A stretch of DNA of 63,300 bases, filler included, from Bigelowiella natans CCMP2755 (lineage: Eukaryota > Protista > Cercozoa): NCBI GenBank assembly GCA_000320545.1. It is 4 parts of 4 records of this genome, joined end to end, with 100 filler letters (N's around TTAATTAATTAA, not from the genome) between each part and the next. Parts side by side here need not be neighbours in the genome. Positions count along the whole stretch, not along the records: positions 1 to 29,226 come from ADNK01002294.1; 3 more parts are not named here. The stretch is one strand, 5' to 3'. Below are positions 14,142 through 27,074 of this stretch, piece by piece; the first letter of the stretch is position 1; each line of letters opens with the position of its first letter. Position numbers and translations under genes: made by a program. The notes under the pieces are model-generated. The model was not told the DNA's origin. It was given only the letters and a program-made list of their open reading frames with translations, and made no database searches.

Positions 14142-14590
14142 CAATATTCATATAAATCTGCAAGATTTTACCATAACGCGGGTCATCGGGCTCATATGCA
14201 CGGCAAAATCGCCCTCCAGCATGAAGCAGAGCACCCTGACACACGAACCAAAAGAAGCAAATTGTGCTGCTGTCATCAATACGGTGCTAAGTACACGCCT
14301 ACTATATACGATGGAGGGCAAGCATTCCTAACAGTCATTGTTCGTACACCCTGCTTGCATGTGTGTGTGCGTGTGTGCGTGTGTGCGTGTGTGCGTGTGT
14401 GCGAGCCGCCCCCCCCCTCCCCTCCCCTATATCATAGCCTCTCGGTTCATTTCTTATCGGCTAGTACCCGCAGGTCGCCAAGAAGATGGAGAAACAACAG
14501 AGTAAAACACCTAGGGGGAGGGGGGAAGAAGAGGAGGAGGATGATGATGATAATGATGACGATGACCATGAGCTTGAGGAACGATCGATA

Positions 14591-14630
<40 letters not shown>

Positions 14631-14917
14631 TCGAAGCACATTAATCCTTCACTACGAGAGTATGAGGGTGCACTATATGCCGTGAACAACACTGTTCTTT
14701 CATCATCCCTTAGGTGCTCATCATTATCTTCATCACCGCCATCATCATTCCTTGGGATAGGCTATTGCATAACAAACTCTCCCCCCCCCCCCCCCTTGCC
14801 CTAGAGTTCCCCGTCTTCTTACAGTGAGAGAATGAAGTCGTCGAGGTGTCCAGCAGCTCCCCATATGGGTTTCCTCCCTGTGCGAGCGATGTGATGATAT
14901 GTATATCCAACGTATAA

Positions 14918-14955
<38 letters not shown>

Positions 14956-15030
14956 GGGATTTGCAAAATGATGCCACTGGGGGATGAAAACAACACGCAG
15001 AACGACCGAGCAAAGGACCCTTTTTCTTGA

Positions 15031-15069
<39 letters not shown>

Positions 15070-15590
15070 ATATCGTCGCAGTAGTAGAAGTAGCATTACC
15101 TCAAAGTGCTGCGTCAGTGTCTGCCATAAAATCAACCCGCCGATAACCATGAAGAGCAGTCCTATCGTCGTATGCACGGTAATGGTAGAGAACAATCAGA
15201 CGAAGACGAAGAGAATTACCTTTCTCGTTTGCTTTTTTTACACATAAAAGAACAAAAACACGTACAGACACACACACGCACACACTCGCACGCGCGCGCG
15301 CACGTACGAATGCCCTCCAACGTATCATTTTTTGAATAGAATACAACCAAGTCGCCCTCTGCTCCTACTTTTGCTGCTGCTGCTACTACAACAACAACAA
15401 CTACTACTACTACTACTACTACTACATCTGTTATCGTTTGCTACCAAGGCCCATCGAGTATAGCGTGTACGTCGTGAGAAGAAATAGAGAATAATTCACG
15501 GAGTACGATACGACGACCGCAAAAATCTAACAAAATGGGGATAATTAATGCGGAGAGAGAACGGGCGGGAAGATGCAGTGTCCCAAACAC

Positions 15591-15630
<40 letters not shown>

Positions 15631-15916
15631 GTATACGCTTCAATTTTGTGCTCACACGATGGTGTGTGCATATGTGTGCGTACAGCAGCATGTATTATTT
15701 ATACCTAAATAACAATATATATATATATATATATAAGATATTTGTGACGGTTGCAAGTTCTAAACACTGCCAAGCGCACAAGTCTGAGAGAAAGTCAGAG
15801 AGGAAGAAAGAGAGAGAGGCTCATAACGAAAAGCCATACCGCTCCTGCACACGTCGCCTCGAGAAGCTCAAATAGGTGATTCATCTAAAGAAACAGAACG
15901 CCGACAACTCAATGCG

Positions 15917-15958
<42 letters not shown>

Positions 15959-16116
15959 CACTTGCACGTAGTTTTTGAGAGCAATCGTAAGGGAAAAGCT
16001 CGAGGATATGCATTCTATTGCCTTGGCGGAGTTCCGAAAACACTTCCTTTGCCCCCCCCCTCCCCCGAGGTACTGCGAGCTCGGTGACGATGATACCGTC
16101 GTGACGCTGAAAGGTA

Positions 16117-16179
<63 letters not shown>

Positions 16180-16475
16180 TAGAGGAGGGGATGAGGAAAG
16201 AACCAAGAACAATCCAACATATGAATACTACTACTGCTATTATTTCTTTTGTCCTATGATTTGCTACTACTACCGGCCAAACATAGAGAAGAAGAGCAGT
16301 GCTATCATTAGCGCCAAGAAGCTATTCCACATCGACATGAACGTGTGCTCTGCAGGGAGAGGAGGAATACAGACGATAGGAATCAGAAACGAGGGGGGAG
16401 GGGCCGATTGAGGAGGGGGAGGAGGGGGGGATATACTGAAAGTGCGTTCTATACTACCACTGCTACTACTATAAC

Positions 16476-16506
<31 letters not shown>

Positions 16507-16894
16507 TATAATAATAATCGATTGATATGATAAGTGCGTGTTATGACCAGCCATCGAGCATTCACGCTCATCAGTGAGGAGTGAGGTGGGATCCTCGCAG
16601 TAACCTGGGAGAGCGGGAGGGGGTTGGATGGGTGGATGGGTGGATGGGTGGAGGGGGGAATATATTTATGAGCTGCGTGATTATTTTATTTATGAGCTGC
16701 GTGATTATTATATTTTAGTTGGTGTTTATGTGGTTGAAGTGCGGAATGCTGATCATTACTTGTCTTCAAGTCGGCCACTTCGTCAGAGCTCACAGCACCC
16801 GCTACACAACTGCAGCAAACACACACAGAAGAAGGGGATATGATTGAATGGGTCACGATGAGTGTGCCCCATGTGCCCAGCGCTAAGAACTACA

Positions 16895-16933
<39 letters not shown>

Positions 16934-17381
16934 AATCTCAATCTTCGCACAACATAGTAATGGTACTATAGTAGTAATCATGAGAATAGAAGAAACAGCA
17001 CCGTTTCTGGCTCGAGCACCATCTGCAGTCTCGGATATGATTTAGACAGCTGTAGCAGGTCGTCTCGGAGAGGCACTCCGTAACTGCAGGCCCTGCAAGA
17101 CAAGTGGCGTTGTTGTTCTTGTTGTTGCTGCCGTCGTTGATTCACCGTTAATTATTACTGTTATCATTATCATTATTACTACTGCTGCTGCTACTATATA
17201 TACATGCTGGCACATCCCCAACTATATGTTTGATTGATTGATTGACCTGCGTCCAACGCACAGGCAGCTCCGAGAAACCCATTATCACAGTGATCTTGGT
17301 TGTTCTTCGTCTCGAAGTACCAATCACACACACGGTGCTTGGAAGTCGTCTGCGCACACATATACAATAAATAATACTGAA

Positions 17382-17424
<43 letters not shown>

Positions 17425-17734
17425 AGGGACGTTATTGTAATCTATACGACTACTAAAGCTCACAACCTCTTCTGTATGGCCGGTGCTAGCAGTAAATCCG
17501 AGCCAGTATTCTCCAGATAGAGCCACCTGATCATCATCATCATCATATTCACGACGAAGACCAAAAGAGCGACGCCCTTAACCACTCACAATATGTATAT
17601 TGTAGCGATCTCGCAGTGAGGTTGCAAGGGAGGATGAGGGGGGGGGGCGGGGGGGGGTTACGTGGTTTGCTATTGCTCTTAATTTCGCTACTGCCCTCAT
17701 GTGTGCATGCTAGCATTGAAGAACTTACCACCAC

Positions 17735-17772
<38 letters not shown>

Positions 17773-18033
17773 CCTTATATTTGAGGATTGGATTCACAAG
17801 ATCATTGAGGAAGATCTTAATCACTTCTCCATCGTAGGACACCTGCGACAAGAAGACAAGCATGAGAAGCGAAACAACGTCGGATCGAGGGAGAGGAAGA
17901 AGGCGGACACCAAGTGTAGGGTGGTGTACACAGCAGAGCTCCTGCCATAGTTGATACTCATATTGCTCAACCATCATCTACAGGAGACCACATCCCGGAG
18001 AAACACCACCACCACCACCACCACCTTTGCCAA

Positions 18034-18064
<31 letters not shown>

Positions 18065-18369
18065 GCTCTAGGCACGAAACAACAAAAAGGAGAAGAAGAA
18101 TCATCATCATCGTCATCAGCAGCATCACCAACAGCAACCTGTACGGTGAACATTTTCCCGGAAACGAGCACTGGAACGTCGGTGCGAGATAGAGAGATAT
18201 CGTACTCAAACGCATTCGATATCTGACGTCATCATCGTTGTCATCATCGCCATCACCATCATCGCCATCACCATCATCATCATCACCCCGAAAACAAGCA
18301 CGGCAGAAATGACGGAGGCACCCCACACTAATGTCAATCACACGCACATATGCACACACACACACACAC

Positions 18370-18408
<39 letters not shown>

Positions 18409-19328
18409 TGATTCGCAAACTCATGGATTTTCTCCTACACCAATCATCATCACCGGTTCTTTATTTCCAGGTATATCTCTTGGAAGATGTAAAGAAACAT
18501 GGTTCCTATTGTATATGAGGTGGAGGATGAGCAAAAGAATGATTGGGGGGGGGGAGGAAATTTGGAAAGAGGGAGAGAAGGGGACAATAATTGCCTGTGA
18601 CTGATAAGAGGATGATGAAGAACTATCAGGCAAAGAAACGTACAGAAATGCAAGGAAAAGAAAGAGAAGAAGAAGAAGAAGAAGAAGAAGAAGAAGAGGA
18701 AACACACACACACACGCGCGCGCGCGCGCACCCGTTTGGATCTTCATTCTCCTTGTTTTGCCTTGAATCAAATTCTATCACAAGAGCGTCTTTAAGCCCC
18801 CCGTACCCCAAGGAGGGACCAGAGAGACTGGTGAGCAGTGTTGATGGAAGAAGTTGAGGAAAAAGAAGAAGAAGAAGAAGAAGAAGAAGAAGAAGATAAA
18901 CAACAACAACAAGAGAAGAAGAACAACACAACAACAATATCAAGCGTCAATAATTACCTAAGATGAGATAAATTCGCACCACATATGTTTTTAAAGCGGT
19001 GGGGCTGTAGTACCGACTTATTCATTCTTCTTATCGTTCTCTTTTCCGTGCTTTCTAAATCCCCCCCCCCCCCCCCCAGCGTTATGATCCTATCCTTGCT
19101 GCGAGCTTAGCATCTACGCACCCAATAGCGGAGAAGCGTGCAGGGGAACGATGGAGAACAAAGGCCATGCCTGACATCGTATTATCGGCACGTTAAGCCT
19201 CCCAACGAATCAATATTCGGCTCAGCAGCGCAGCCCATGTATGAGGGGATGGCATGCACGCTTGGATCAATAAGTAAATAATCAAATAAAGATATGTCTT
19301 TTTTATGCCCCAAATGTATTCCCATCCT

Positions 19329-19366
<38 letters not shown>

Positions 19367-19635
19367 AAAAGTATATGGAGGCAAGATTTCTACGATGTTC
19401 ACGATAATGAGTGTCATTGAAACAAATGAGCCGCGACTATTCCGCTCCCTATTTCCCTCCCTCTCCTCCCTCTCCTCCTCCTCCTCCTCCTCCTCCTCCT
19501 CCTCCTCCTCTTTCCCTTTCACATCCTCCGACCTTCTCCCCCTGTCCGGCCCCCCTTCTGGCTTTGTATCAGTGGGTTTATCTTGATGTTGAAGGCAGTG
19601 AAAAACCTGCAAAATCACAACCAAAAGTACAATAA

Positions 19636-19681
<46 letters not shown>

Positions 19682-20001
19682 CTGTGTGTGTGTTTGGATG
19701 TGGGTGGGTCTCCCCCTTTTGCCGTCACGATTCACGAAGGAAAATGTGCTCATCGTCGATGAGGGCCTTACCCGTTGTCAACTTGTACTGGCCGCTTGTA
19801 CCAAAACGCACCAACTTCTTTTGGTTCTCTCGTCAATGAGAGGCAATGCCCGTGTTTCTGGGCGGAGCCTCTCATCTTCAAGGCTGTCACATCGAGAAAG
19901 TTTGGGTAGTAAAATCTGGCAGAGACGTGCATAGCCGGCGACCAGAATAACAGTATCAGCATGAGCATCCATGGCGACGATGATGCCAATGATGACGGCA
20001 T
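12525..20001 (-). CDS. Receptor-like membrane protein: signal peptide, legume (L-type) lectin domain, EGF-like and PSI-like Cys modules, then several transmembrane helices; many short exons, 3' end approximate
   Basis: MPSSLASSSPWMLMLILLFWSPAMHVSA (signal), then FYYPNFLDVTALKMRGSAQKHGHCLSLTREPKEVGAFWYKRPVQVDNG/FFTAFNIKI, GMAFVLHRSP, GPSLGYGGLKDALVIEFDSRQNKENEDPN, VSYDGEVIKIFLND, GEYWLGFTASTG (L-lectin motifs). Next come HCDNGFLGAAC (EGF-like), CLSETTCYSCLNHIRDCRWCSSQKRC (PSI-like) and hydrophobic exons (SMWNSFLALMIALLFFSMFG; IFAVVVSYSVNYSLFLLTTYTLYSMGL; IGLLFMVIGGLILWQ; AVGIALCFSFVFVAVDL). Confidence 0.75.
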
Positions 20002-21905
20002 TATTTCGCTATCGTCTGCCTGTAAATCAATATGGGGAGGAGAAGGTGGGGGGCGGATGATGACATCAGCTGTACTCTTCCCCCCTTTTATTGCCCCCAA
20101 TCCCCCTTTCAAGCCTATACTTTATTTCCATGAAGAAGAACGTAAGTTGTTGCGTGAAAGGGCAACTCCACTAACCTGGGAGGTTACTACTGTGAGAATG
20201 AAAAAACGCAGCTTTGAAGCCCAGCGATTTTGCCTTTGCTTGGCGCAAAAAGAGACCCAATTCGCCCCTTTTTTCCTTTAAATTGGGCGCAGATCCTCGG
20301 TTCGCTCTCAAAATCAGACGCGAATCAGACCTGCGGACAACGCCAACAGGCGAGCAGGAGGAGGGCGTCGACAGGGGCCTGAGGAGAACGAGGATACGTG
20401 TTTTTCTGTTGTTTCAGGTTTCTGAAATCGTAAACTCTCGAGAGACAACAGACGGTGACCACAGATGCATTCCGTTCCCATTGATGACATCCCACGATCG
20501 TCTGACATTCCCCCTTCCCCCCTCCCCAGTCCCCCCCTAAACCTGTCGTCATGATTCCAGGTCTCGTTAGTATCGATGAGAATATGTGCAGGATCTGCTC
20601 TTCTCTGGTGTTCTCAGCACACGCATCTTGCCTCGGAAAACCGTGAAACGCAGGCCATTTTAGGCAAAAACTGATGCAAAAAAACTTTGCATGAGGAATG
20701 ACGGTGTGTTTCTCCCCTGCGACTGGACACACAGGGAAAATCTGTTAAAAAAGGAATGGAATGTTCAAGGGTGTTGACTTGAGCTGTGCATGCGTGCAGT
20801 TGAGTCCTCGTTGTTTTCAGCTCGAGGCACTCCAGCACTGTGTTTCTCACTTCGCAAGTGCCATGCTACATTTTCGAAATGCAGTCGATCAACAAAACTT
20901 CTTTCTTCCTTTTTTCTTTCATGCATCAATTGCAATGAACCATTTCATTCATTCATTCATTCATTCACGAATCTCGATGTTGAAGTGCGTGAACCTTCAT
21001 TCTTTTGTTTTCGAACTCAGCATTGGACCTTCATTCGTTCATTGATTTGCGACGGAGACGATGCTGTTGATTTTGCGTTTTGCAGTGTTTTTTTGCGAAG
21101 AAACGCTTTGCTGTCCGAGCTAGCGAGGGGGGTCGTCGCGCGCTGGCGCGTTCCTGCTTGCCAGCTTGTGAGAAGATGATGGACATGCAACGTGTTGCTG
21201 TGCACATGATGTGCATGTTGTTCATGTTGCTGTGTCCATTGTGAAGGTCACACCAGCGTGGGTTGATGCACGCAGCATCATGGTGCTTGAAACTTGCGAT
21301 TTTGTGACTTGCCTTGCCAAGCTAGCAAGCAACTCACTTTGCGCAAACAACTGCTGGCCAGCCCTAGCAGCTGTTGCTGTTGCGATCCACTCCCCAGGCT
21401 AGCCAGTTCTGACAACTTGTGCACAAATTGGTGCGTGTGTACGGCTAGGCGGGGAGTTGTGGCTCGCCGTGCAAAACAGCAGTGCGTGTGCAGCATGCAC
21501 GCACGTGTGCGTTCTTTGTTGAACGAAATAATATGACACAGCAATACACTATATATATAATATATATTGTGTATTGCATGTCTATCATAAGTATGGCTCG
21601 AAAATTTGAGTCGAAGCTAAGGTTCTCAGTTTCCTCACATGCACCAAACATGTCTTCTCCATGTTCCAAGCGGTTGCATCATTGTGCGATTTGAAATGCA
21701 TGCAACGACTGGCAGTCACACGCGGATGAAATCAATTGAATGCTTCTGCGCCCCATTCAACATCTTTGCATGAGATCGATGCATTTCCTGTCATTGCCAC
21801 ATCGCAATGCATCTTGCAAGCTTCAATGTTTTCACATGTTTTTGGACATGTGCACAGTTTTCACATGATCAAGTTTCCGATTTGTAAGAATTCAAAGATG
21901 TGTCA

Positions 21906-22895
21906 TCATTGTTTGACATCATCACATTCATTGTCAGTGTCATCAGTATCACAAAAATGCACATATTCAGATCCAGAATCATCTGAATCATTTGAGTCTG
22001 ACTCGCCATCAGGTCCGTCCCCATCATTCCATTTGTAGGATTTGTTCAATTCTAGATAAATGTTTTTGACGACATCTGAAATTTTCAAAATCTGCTCTGA
22101 AGTCATGTCGTTGAATGTGTCACTCAAGTCCACTGACACCTCAAACACGATGTTGCAAAGTTCCTCAAAAATACCCAAAAAACTCTCGTGGCGATCAATG
22201 GATGCTTGTTCCAAATCATATTCGTATGCTTCCTTCATCTCATCCATGTGCTCTTTCAACATTTTCAGAGTTTCTGGCAAGTCGCCTCCTTTTCTGAAAA
22301 ACTTGTGTGATTTCTTGACGTCATTGAGTTCTCGAATCACCTTTCTTTGAAATGAATCAGAAGATATTTGGTTGTACGTCCTGTTCACCCTGTGCAAGAC
22401 CCTTTTCATGGCCTTGTAAAGTGGAAAACGAACGTAACTGAAGTTCCAAAGCCTCATTGAGACAAATTCCAGGTCATTTTTGAACAACTCCCACTCTGCA
22501 TGGCACTTATTCTTGTCCGCGAATGGCGTTTTGTGTTGGTCACGGAAATGGAGGTACTCCTTTTTCACTGTTTCACTGAACTCCTCCAGTTTTTCTAGCA
22601 AATTTTTGAGACGGGTCTTCAGTGATTCCTCGCCTTTCTCCTCGTCTTGTTCATCTGTGAGGTCAATGATTCGCCTGTCTCCATCCTTCACGGTGGTCCT
22701 GGCTTTTTTTTTTGGTCGCTCCACTTTTTGTAGTTCCATTTTGCCGCCATTGTCCTTGGCTTCTTCCTTCAACCTTTTGAGTTGGGCTTTGATGCATTGT
22801 GGAATGCGACTTTCAATTTCTTTCTCCTCCTTCTCACTCCTCTGGCATCTCATCCTTGGCGTTTTTGATTTTGTGTGCTGGGTCTTGGTTTGCAT
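21906..22895 (-). CDS. Intronless 329-aa helical/coiled-coil protein of unknown family with NLS-like, SIM-like and acidic-tail motifs
   Basis: Long uninterrupted ORF, probable ATG at 22895 (MQTKTQH..). Contains RPKKKAR, IIDLTDEQDEE and an acidic C-terminus. Confidence 0.65.
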   Translation of the reverse strand: MQTKTQHTKSKTPRMRCQRSEKEEKEIESRIPQCIKAQLKRLKEEAKDNGGKMELQKVERPKKKARTTVKDGDRRIIDLTDEQDEEKGEESLKTRLKNLLEKLEEFSETVKKEYLHFRDQHKTPFADKNKCHAEWELFKNDLEFVSMRLWNFSYVRFPLYKAMKRVLHRVNRTYNQISSDSFQRKVIRELNDVKKSHKFFRKGGDLPETLKMLKEHMDEMKEAYEYDLEQASIDRHESFLGIFEELCNIVFEVSVDLSDTFNDMTSEQILKISDVVKNIYLELNKSYKWNDGDGPDGESDSNDSDDSGSEYVHFCDTDDTDNECDDVKQ

Positions 22896-22994
22896 TGTTT
22901 CTTTTTGATTTCTGGCTTTCAGGTGATTTGGATTCTGATGAGAATGAGGAAGTGAGAAAGTGAGGATCGAGGCTCGGAGATTGCACGGGCAAGC

Positions 22995-23298
22995 CACGTG
23001 GCTTTTTCGACCGATCCACGTGACCTGGTTTTGCCAACCACGTGACCCTTTCAGTTTTGATTTTTGGCTTCCAGAGGCCACGTGGCTTCTTGTCACAACG
23101 AAATGCGAAGAAGACAATTTGTTCGTTTTGCGCCATGCACGAGGCAGCGACACATTATATTGTGTATTGCATGTCTATCATCGAAAGCTGGCATCACGAA
23201 GTCAACCACGCACGCAAACGACAACGAATTGTGTTTGCAGTGTTGTGTGGATGTTTAGTTTTCATTATCACTCCGAACGTGACTTCCCAAATCACGTG
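22995..23298. promoter_or_regulatory. Cluster of CACGTG (E-box/G-box) palindromes upstream of the intronless ORF
   Basis: CACGTG at 22995, 23017, 23039, 23079 and 23293. The first three are spaced exactly 22 bp apart, 100-190 bp upstream of the ATG at 22895. Confidence 0.5.
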
Positions 23299-24059
23299 CC
23301 CTGGTATGTGCACTTGTAATTTTCACGCGCTGTGTGCCTTTGCGTGCCTTCGATGGAACGAACGCCTTTTGAAAAAAACAAGGTTCTTGATGCCATGCTT
23401 GTGAACATGGACGTGCAGATCAATAATACAATCACATGTAGTGATCGCAGCTAGATGGCACATTGTTTACACATATGATTGATTCGCACAGGCATGCTAG
23501 CATACCCATGTGAATGGCAGATGGCATTGTCTTTTCCGCGTCTAGTGATTTGACTCGAACCGAAAAGTCCATACAGTTGCAAAAGCATGATTTCTGACTG
23601 TGTTGTGTTTTAAGTTACAAAATTATTGCATGTCTATCATTTAACCACTACAATCTTCATTACTTCTTACATTCAAAACGTTCTCATCGCAAGCTCATCA
23701 TTGAAGCACAGAGCATAGCTTCACAAAAATTGGACGGACTGGAGAGTCAACTATCATGGTTGATGACTAGAACTTTAATGGAGCCTTAATTAAGAACGAA
23801 GAATTCCGCAGCTCGCTTTGTGGATAGTGCATGGAAAATAAAAATTAACTTTTCTGTGCGATACAAATCGATCTAGTTTCTATTTCAGTATCAAGCACAA
23901 GTAACGTAACTCAATTTCGACCTCGCTATTGGTGAAAGTACTTCTAACGAATAGTTAGTAGAGACTGCGCATTCATACAGCTCTCGTGGGGATATAGCTA
24001 TTGCGTTGGGATGGGGGGCCTGGGAATAAATGCAGAAAATAACTCTGCGGTTAATCTCT

Positions 24060-25000
24060 GTTGTCATATTTCTTTCTTCTCCTGTTCATCGCGCATGTTT
24101 AACAGAATGTTCGTATTTCCTTCGTCTCGGCTACAAATCTTGGAGTCCTGTCCTTCAGTACCATCTTCCACTATCTTCTCAGCTTGAGCATCATCATCGT
24201 CGTCATCGTCCTCCGCTACATCGATGAAAGCAGCCGACACGGCAGCTATGCGGTCTCGAAAATTCTTTTGTTGATTATAAGTTTGCGTTTTTTTTTTTAG
24301 TATTTTTCTCAGTCCTACATTCTATATGTACGCCAATGAAAGATGTGCACAATTGCTATCTACTATGCCAATACATTTTGTGCAGTTGTGAGGAAAAAAA
24401 GGATCACATTTAACACTTTGGATATTGAACGATAAGTAAGAGGTATAAGCAACAAATTAGTCCTTATGCAAATGATACAAACAATTTATAGAATATTCAG
24501 AAGAATCACTTTGTGCAAATAATGATCATACCTTCGCATCTTCTGGTGCGACGAAAATGGCATGTCTAATCGTGTTGACAAGTTGGAATACTTTTAGACC
24601 AATGTAGCTCCCTCCTCTCTCCTCCCCCCCCCTCCCCCCCTCTCTCTCTCCCTCCCTGTGAGTCATATTTGACGTGCCGCACGCAGAAACAAACATGCAC
24701 AAACGCATAGCTCTCTCGCTATCATCCGGGTTAGTTTACTGTCCGCACCGTCTTGTCATCAACCCAACCGGCAAGGTTCGCCTCCTAGCGGAGGAGCGGC
24801 TCAGGTCCGCACGGTTGGACATATGTGGACGCCTGGAGCTCGCAGGTTTCTTCAGCTACTATGGGCAGGGAACACACCGGCAGTGTGTGTATACTGCACG
24901 CTTGGAAGGAAAGAACGCCAGCAGAGCAGAACAGAACGACCGATCCTTTGTACTCGCACGAGAACGTCGAAATTCCATGTCATTTTACCTCTGCGACTTG
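24060..25000 (-). CDS. Possible small multi-exon hypothetical protein with an acidic tail
   Basis: Exon-like pieces EANLAGWVDDKT / HAIFVAPEDAK (gtatga donor) / NFRDRIAAVSAAFIDVAEDDDDDDDAQAEK..EKKEI*. Start not resolved. Confidence 0.3.
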
Positions 25001-25297
25001 AAGAAACGCCTATTCAGCTTTAACAGCTAAGCAATGGCTTTCGGATGCAAACGAAGACAGGATGTTTTCCGCTTGTTCTCCAAGGTTCTCGACAAAATTC
25101 GAGCAAAATCCCCTGTGTTTAGATCCTCTGGAGATATATTGGGTGAGCCAGGCCCATTTCGAGAAATATGAGAGGATGTTAACATCCGACGAATGTAATT
25201 GAATAATCTGGTTTTGAGTTGTCGCAGTGACATAATTTCCCTTATATTCGTGTCGTACCGACCCCAGAAAGCTTCATCCTGGGTCTGAACGAGCCGG

Positions 25298-27037
25298 ATG
25301 GAGGGTGCCTTGCCACCCCCCTCCGCCCGAAGGCTCCTGATCGAGAGGAGGAATAGGAAGAATCGTACAAGAAGATTCATAACCCTTGCATTATTTACTA
25401 CTCTGGTGGGGCTGATCGGCGTTCTTCCGCAAAACCAGAGAAGATGGAGCTCGAAGTCAGATGTCGAAACAACGCTGGGAACCAAGGTTCAGACTCGAGG
25501 CGCAATAGCAAACCGGGTTCCTCACACACTCCATCACGAAGGAAGCACTCGCAATATTCGCCATCCAAACATGTTCAAAGAAGGGGGCGGAGGATCCGCA
25601 AGGCGGACAGTGAGAACGGCAGTGTGGCCAGAAGAGTTTTTACCTGAGGACGAACTTGGTGGCGGTGCTGGTTTGGACTTCTCCAAGCTCCAAGAGGTAT
25701 TGCTGCCCCAGCCTTACGCTACCGAATGATATCAATAAATGGTTCGATCTTCCAACATCGCATTTCTTTTAAGGGGTCCTGCTCCCCGTGGAAAGATGGG
25801 TAGACGTGGCCCCCCACGCGAGTTCTCATGTTTGAAAATAGAAAACGACTTTTTTCGACAGGGGGAGGCCTCCAAGTGCCCTGTTGCCTACTCGAGTCGT
25901 TTTACACGAATATTTTGACCAATACTAGCGTTTGTTACGTCAGGTTCAATCTGTTGCAGCAGTTTCGGCAGCATGGATGGCGCATGTGTAAGTGATAATA
26001 GCACACTATTAACATGGAATAAAAAGACTCTCGTCATTTATCCTGTATCAACGTTTTCCTTTTCTCCCTGCCCCCTCCCTCCCCTCCCATGTGGCTCTGT
26101 CTACGTTTGTGAAATTTGGTTCTTGTGAGTAAACCGTGTTTTCAAGTTTGAATCAATAGCGAACGCATAATATCGTATCTGTTCCTTCAGGCAAGAGCTG
26201 CAGGAAGAGGACGAGGAGTCTCAGATCGAGAAGGTCCTTGCACCCAGGAATTATTAACATTCATATATGCACATCTGTAGAAAGCAATGCAAAAACATCG
26301 ACATAACACCCGTCTTTCATCGCTATTGTTTCTATCGATGCACTCATCATACGGCAGCGATTTGCAATTCTAATGTCACGTAATAAACATCACAGGAGGC
26401 GCCACTGTTGCCCCTTTTCCCACCATCGTGGAAAGAGTGGTTGCGATTAGCTAAGGAAAAGGAGTCCACCATGAAGAAGATCGAGCTCATAAGAACGCTC
26501 CTCAGGGCGACTGAGAAGAATGAAGGCCAACGATCTCAGCATCAAAGGTCTACTTCGTCTTTCAGCATAGCTTCCTCTCCAAAGGAGGGCTCCTATTTCA
26601 ACAACATACCTAAACCTTCGTTCGTGCTATACCCCCCCACCCCCCCCCCCCTTCCCCCCGAATTGTCCAGGCTGCAACGAGAGCTGAAGGAGCTTGAAGG
26701 GGCGAACACCATCCTCACAATGATCAAGCGTTCCAATAAGAAACAGCGGCAGCAATACGGCAGACAACAGGGAAGATCGACCAATCCCTCTTCTTCCTCA
26801 GCATGGTCATCGTCGCCCTCCTCCCCCTTGAGCTCACTGTTGGACTCAGCAGCTGGTCCTTGGATTAGAGGGTGGTGGGTCTCCAAAGGCAGCGACAAAA
26901 TCAAACCCCATCTCCTCCAGATTTCTACGGTGTGTGTGTGTGTGTATGTGTAAGCGATGAGAACTACTTTTCGTTCGAATGATGCTGGAGCAAAGAGTAA
27001 TGATGATAAAGATGAGGATTAAGATGAGGATAGGATA

Positions 27038-27074
<37 letters not shown>

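Larger units (their letters stand above)
20630..23770. mobile_element. Putative inserted element of ~3.1 kb with TpA-depleted flanks and one intronless ORF; boundaries approximate
   Basis: Composition shifts abruptly and microsatellite introns are absent. It contains an internal direct repeat, tattgcatgtctatcat (21572, 23165, 23624), and a weak hairpin + CTAG at 23746-23770. No transposase motif seen. Confidence 0.45.

Noticed and set aside
13400-16120. Resemblance of the TM region to HRD1/gp78 ERAD ligases (EVFSELRQ.., HVFPGFILAMYL)
   Set aside because: The best-looking peptide is out of frame given the splice phase, and no RING domain follows.
16662-16712. 24-bp tandem duplication (atttatgagctgcgtgattatt)
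   Set aside because: Simple intronic slippage duplication with no evidence of function.
24200-24800. Weak similarity of the small minus-strand gene to TFIIH subunit TFB5
   Set aside because: Only a loose pattern (DDxxHxIFV) matches, and the N-terminal KGVLxxCD motif is not recovered.
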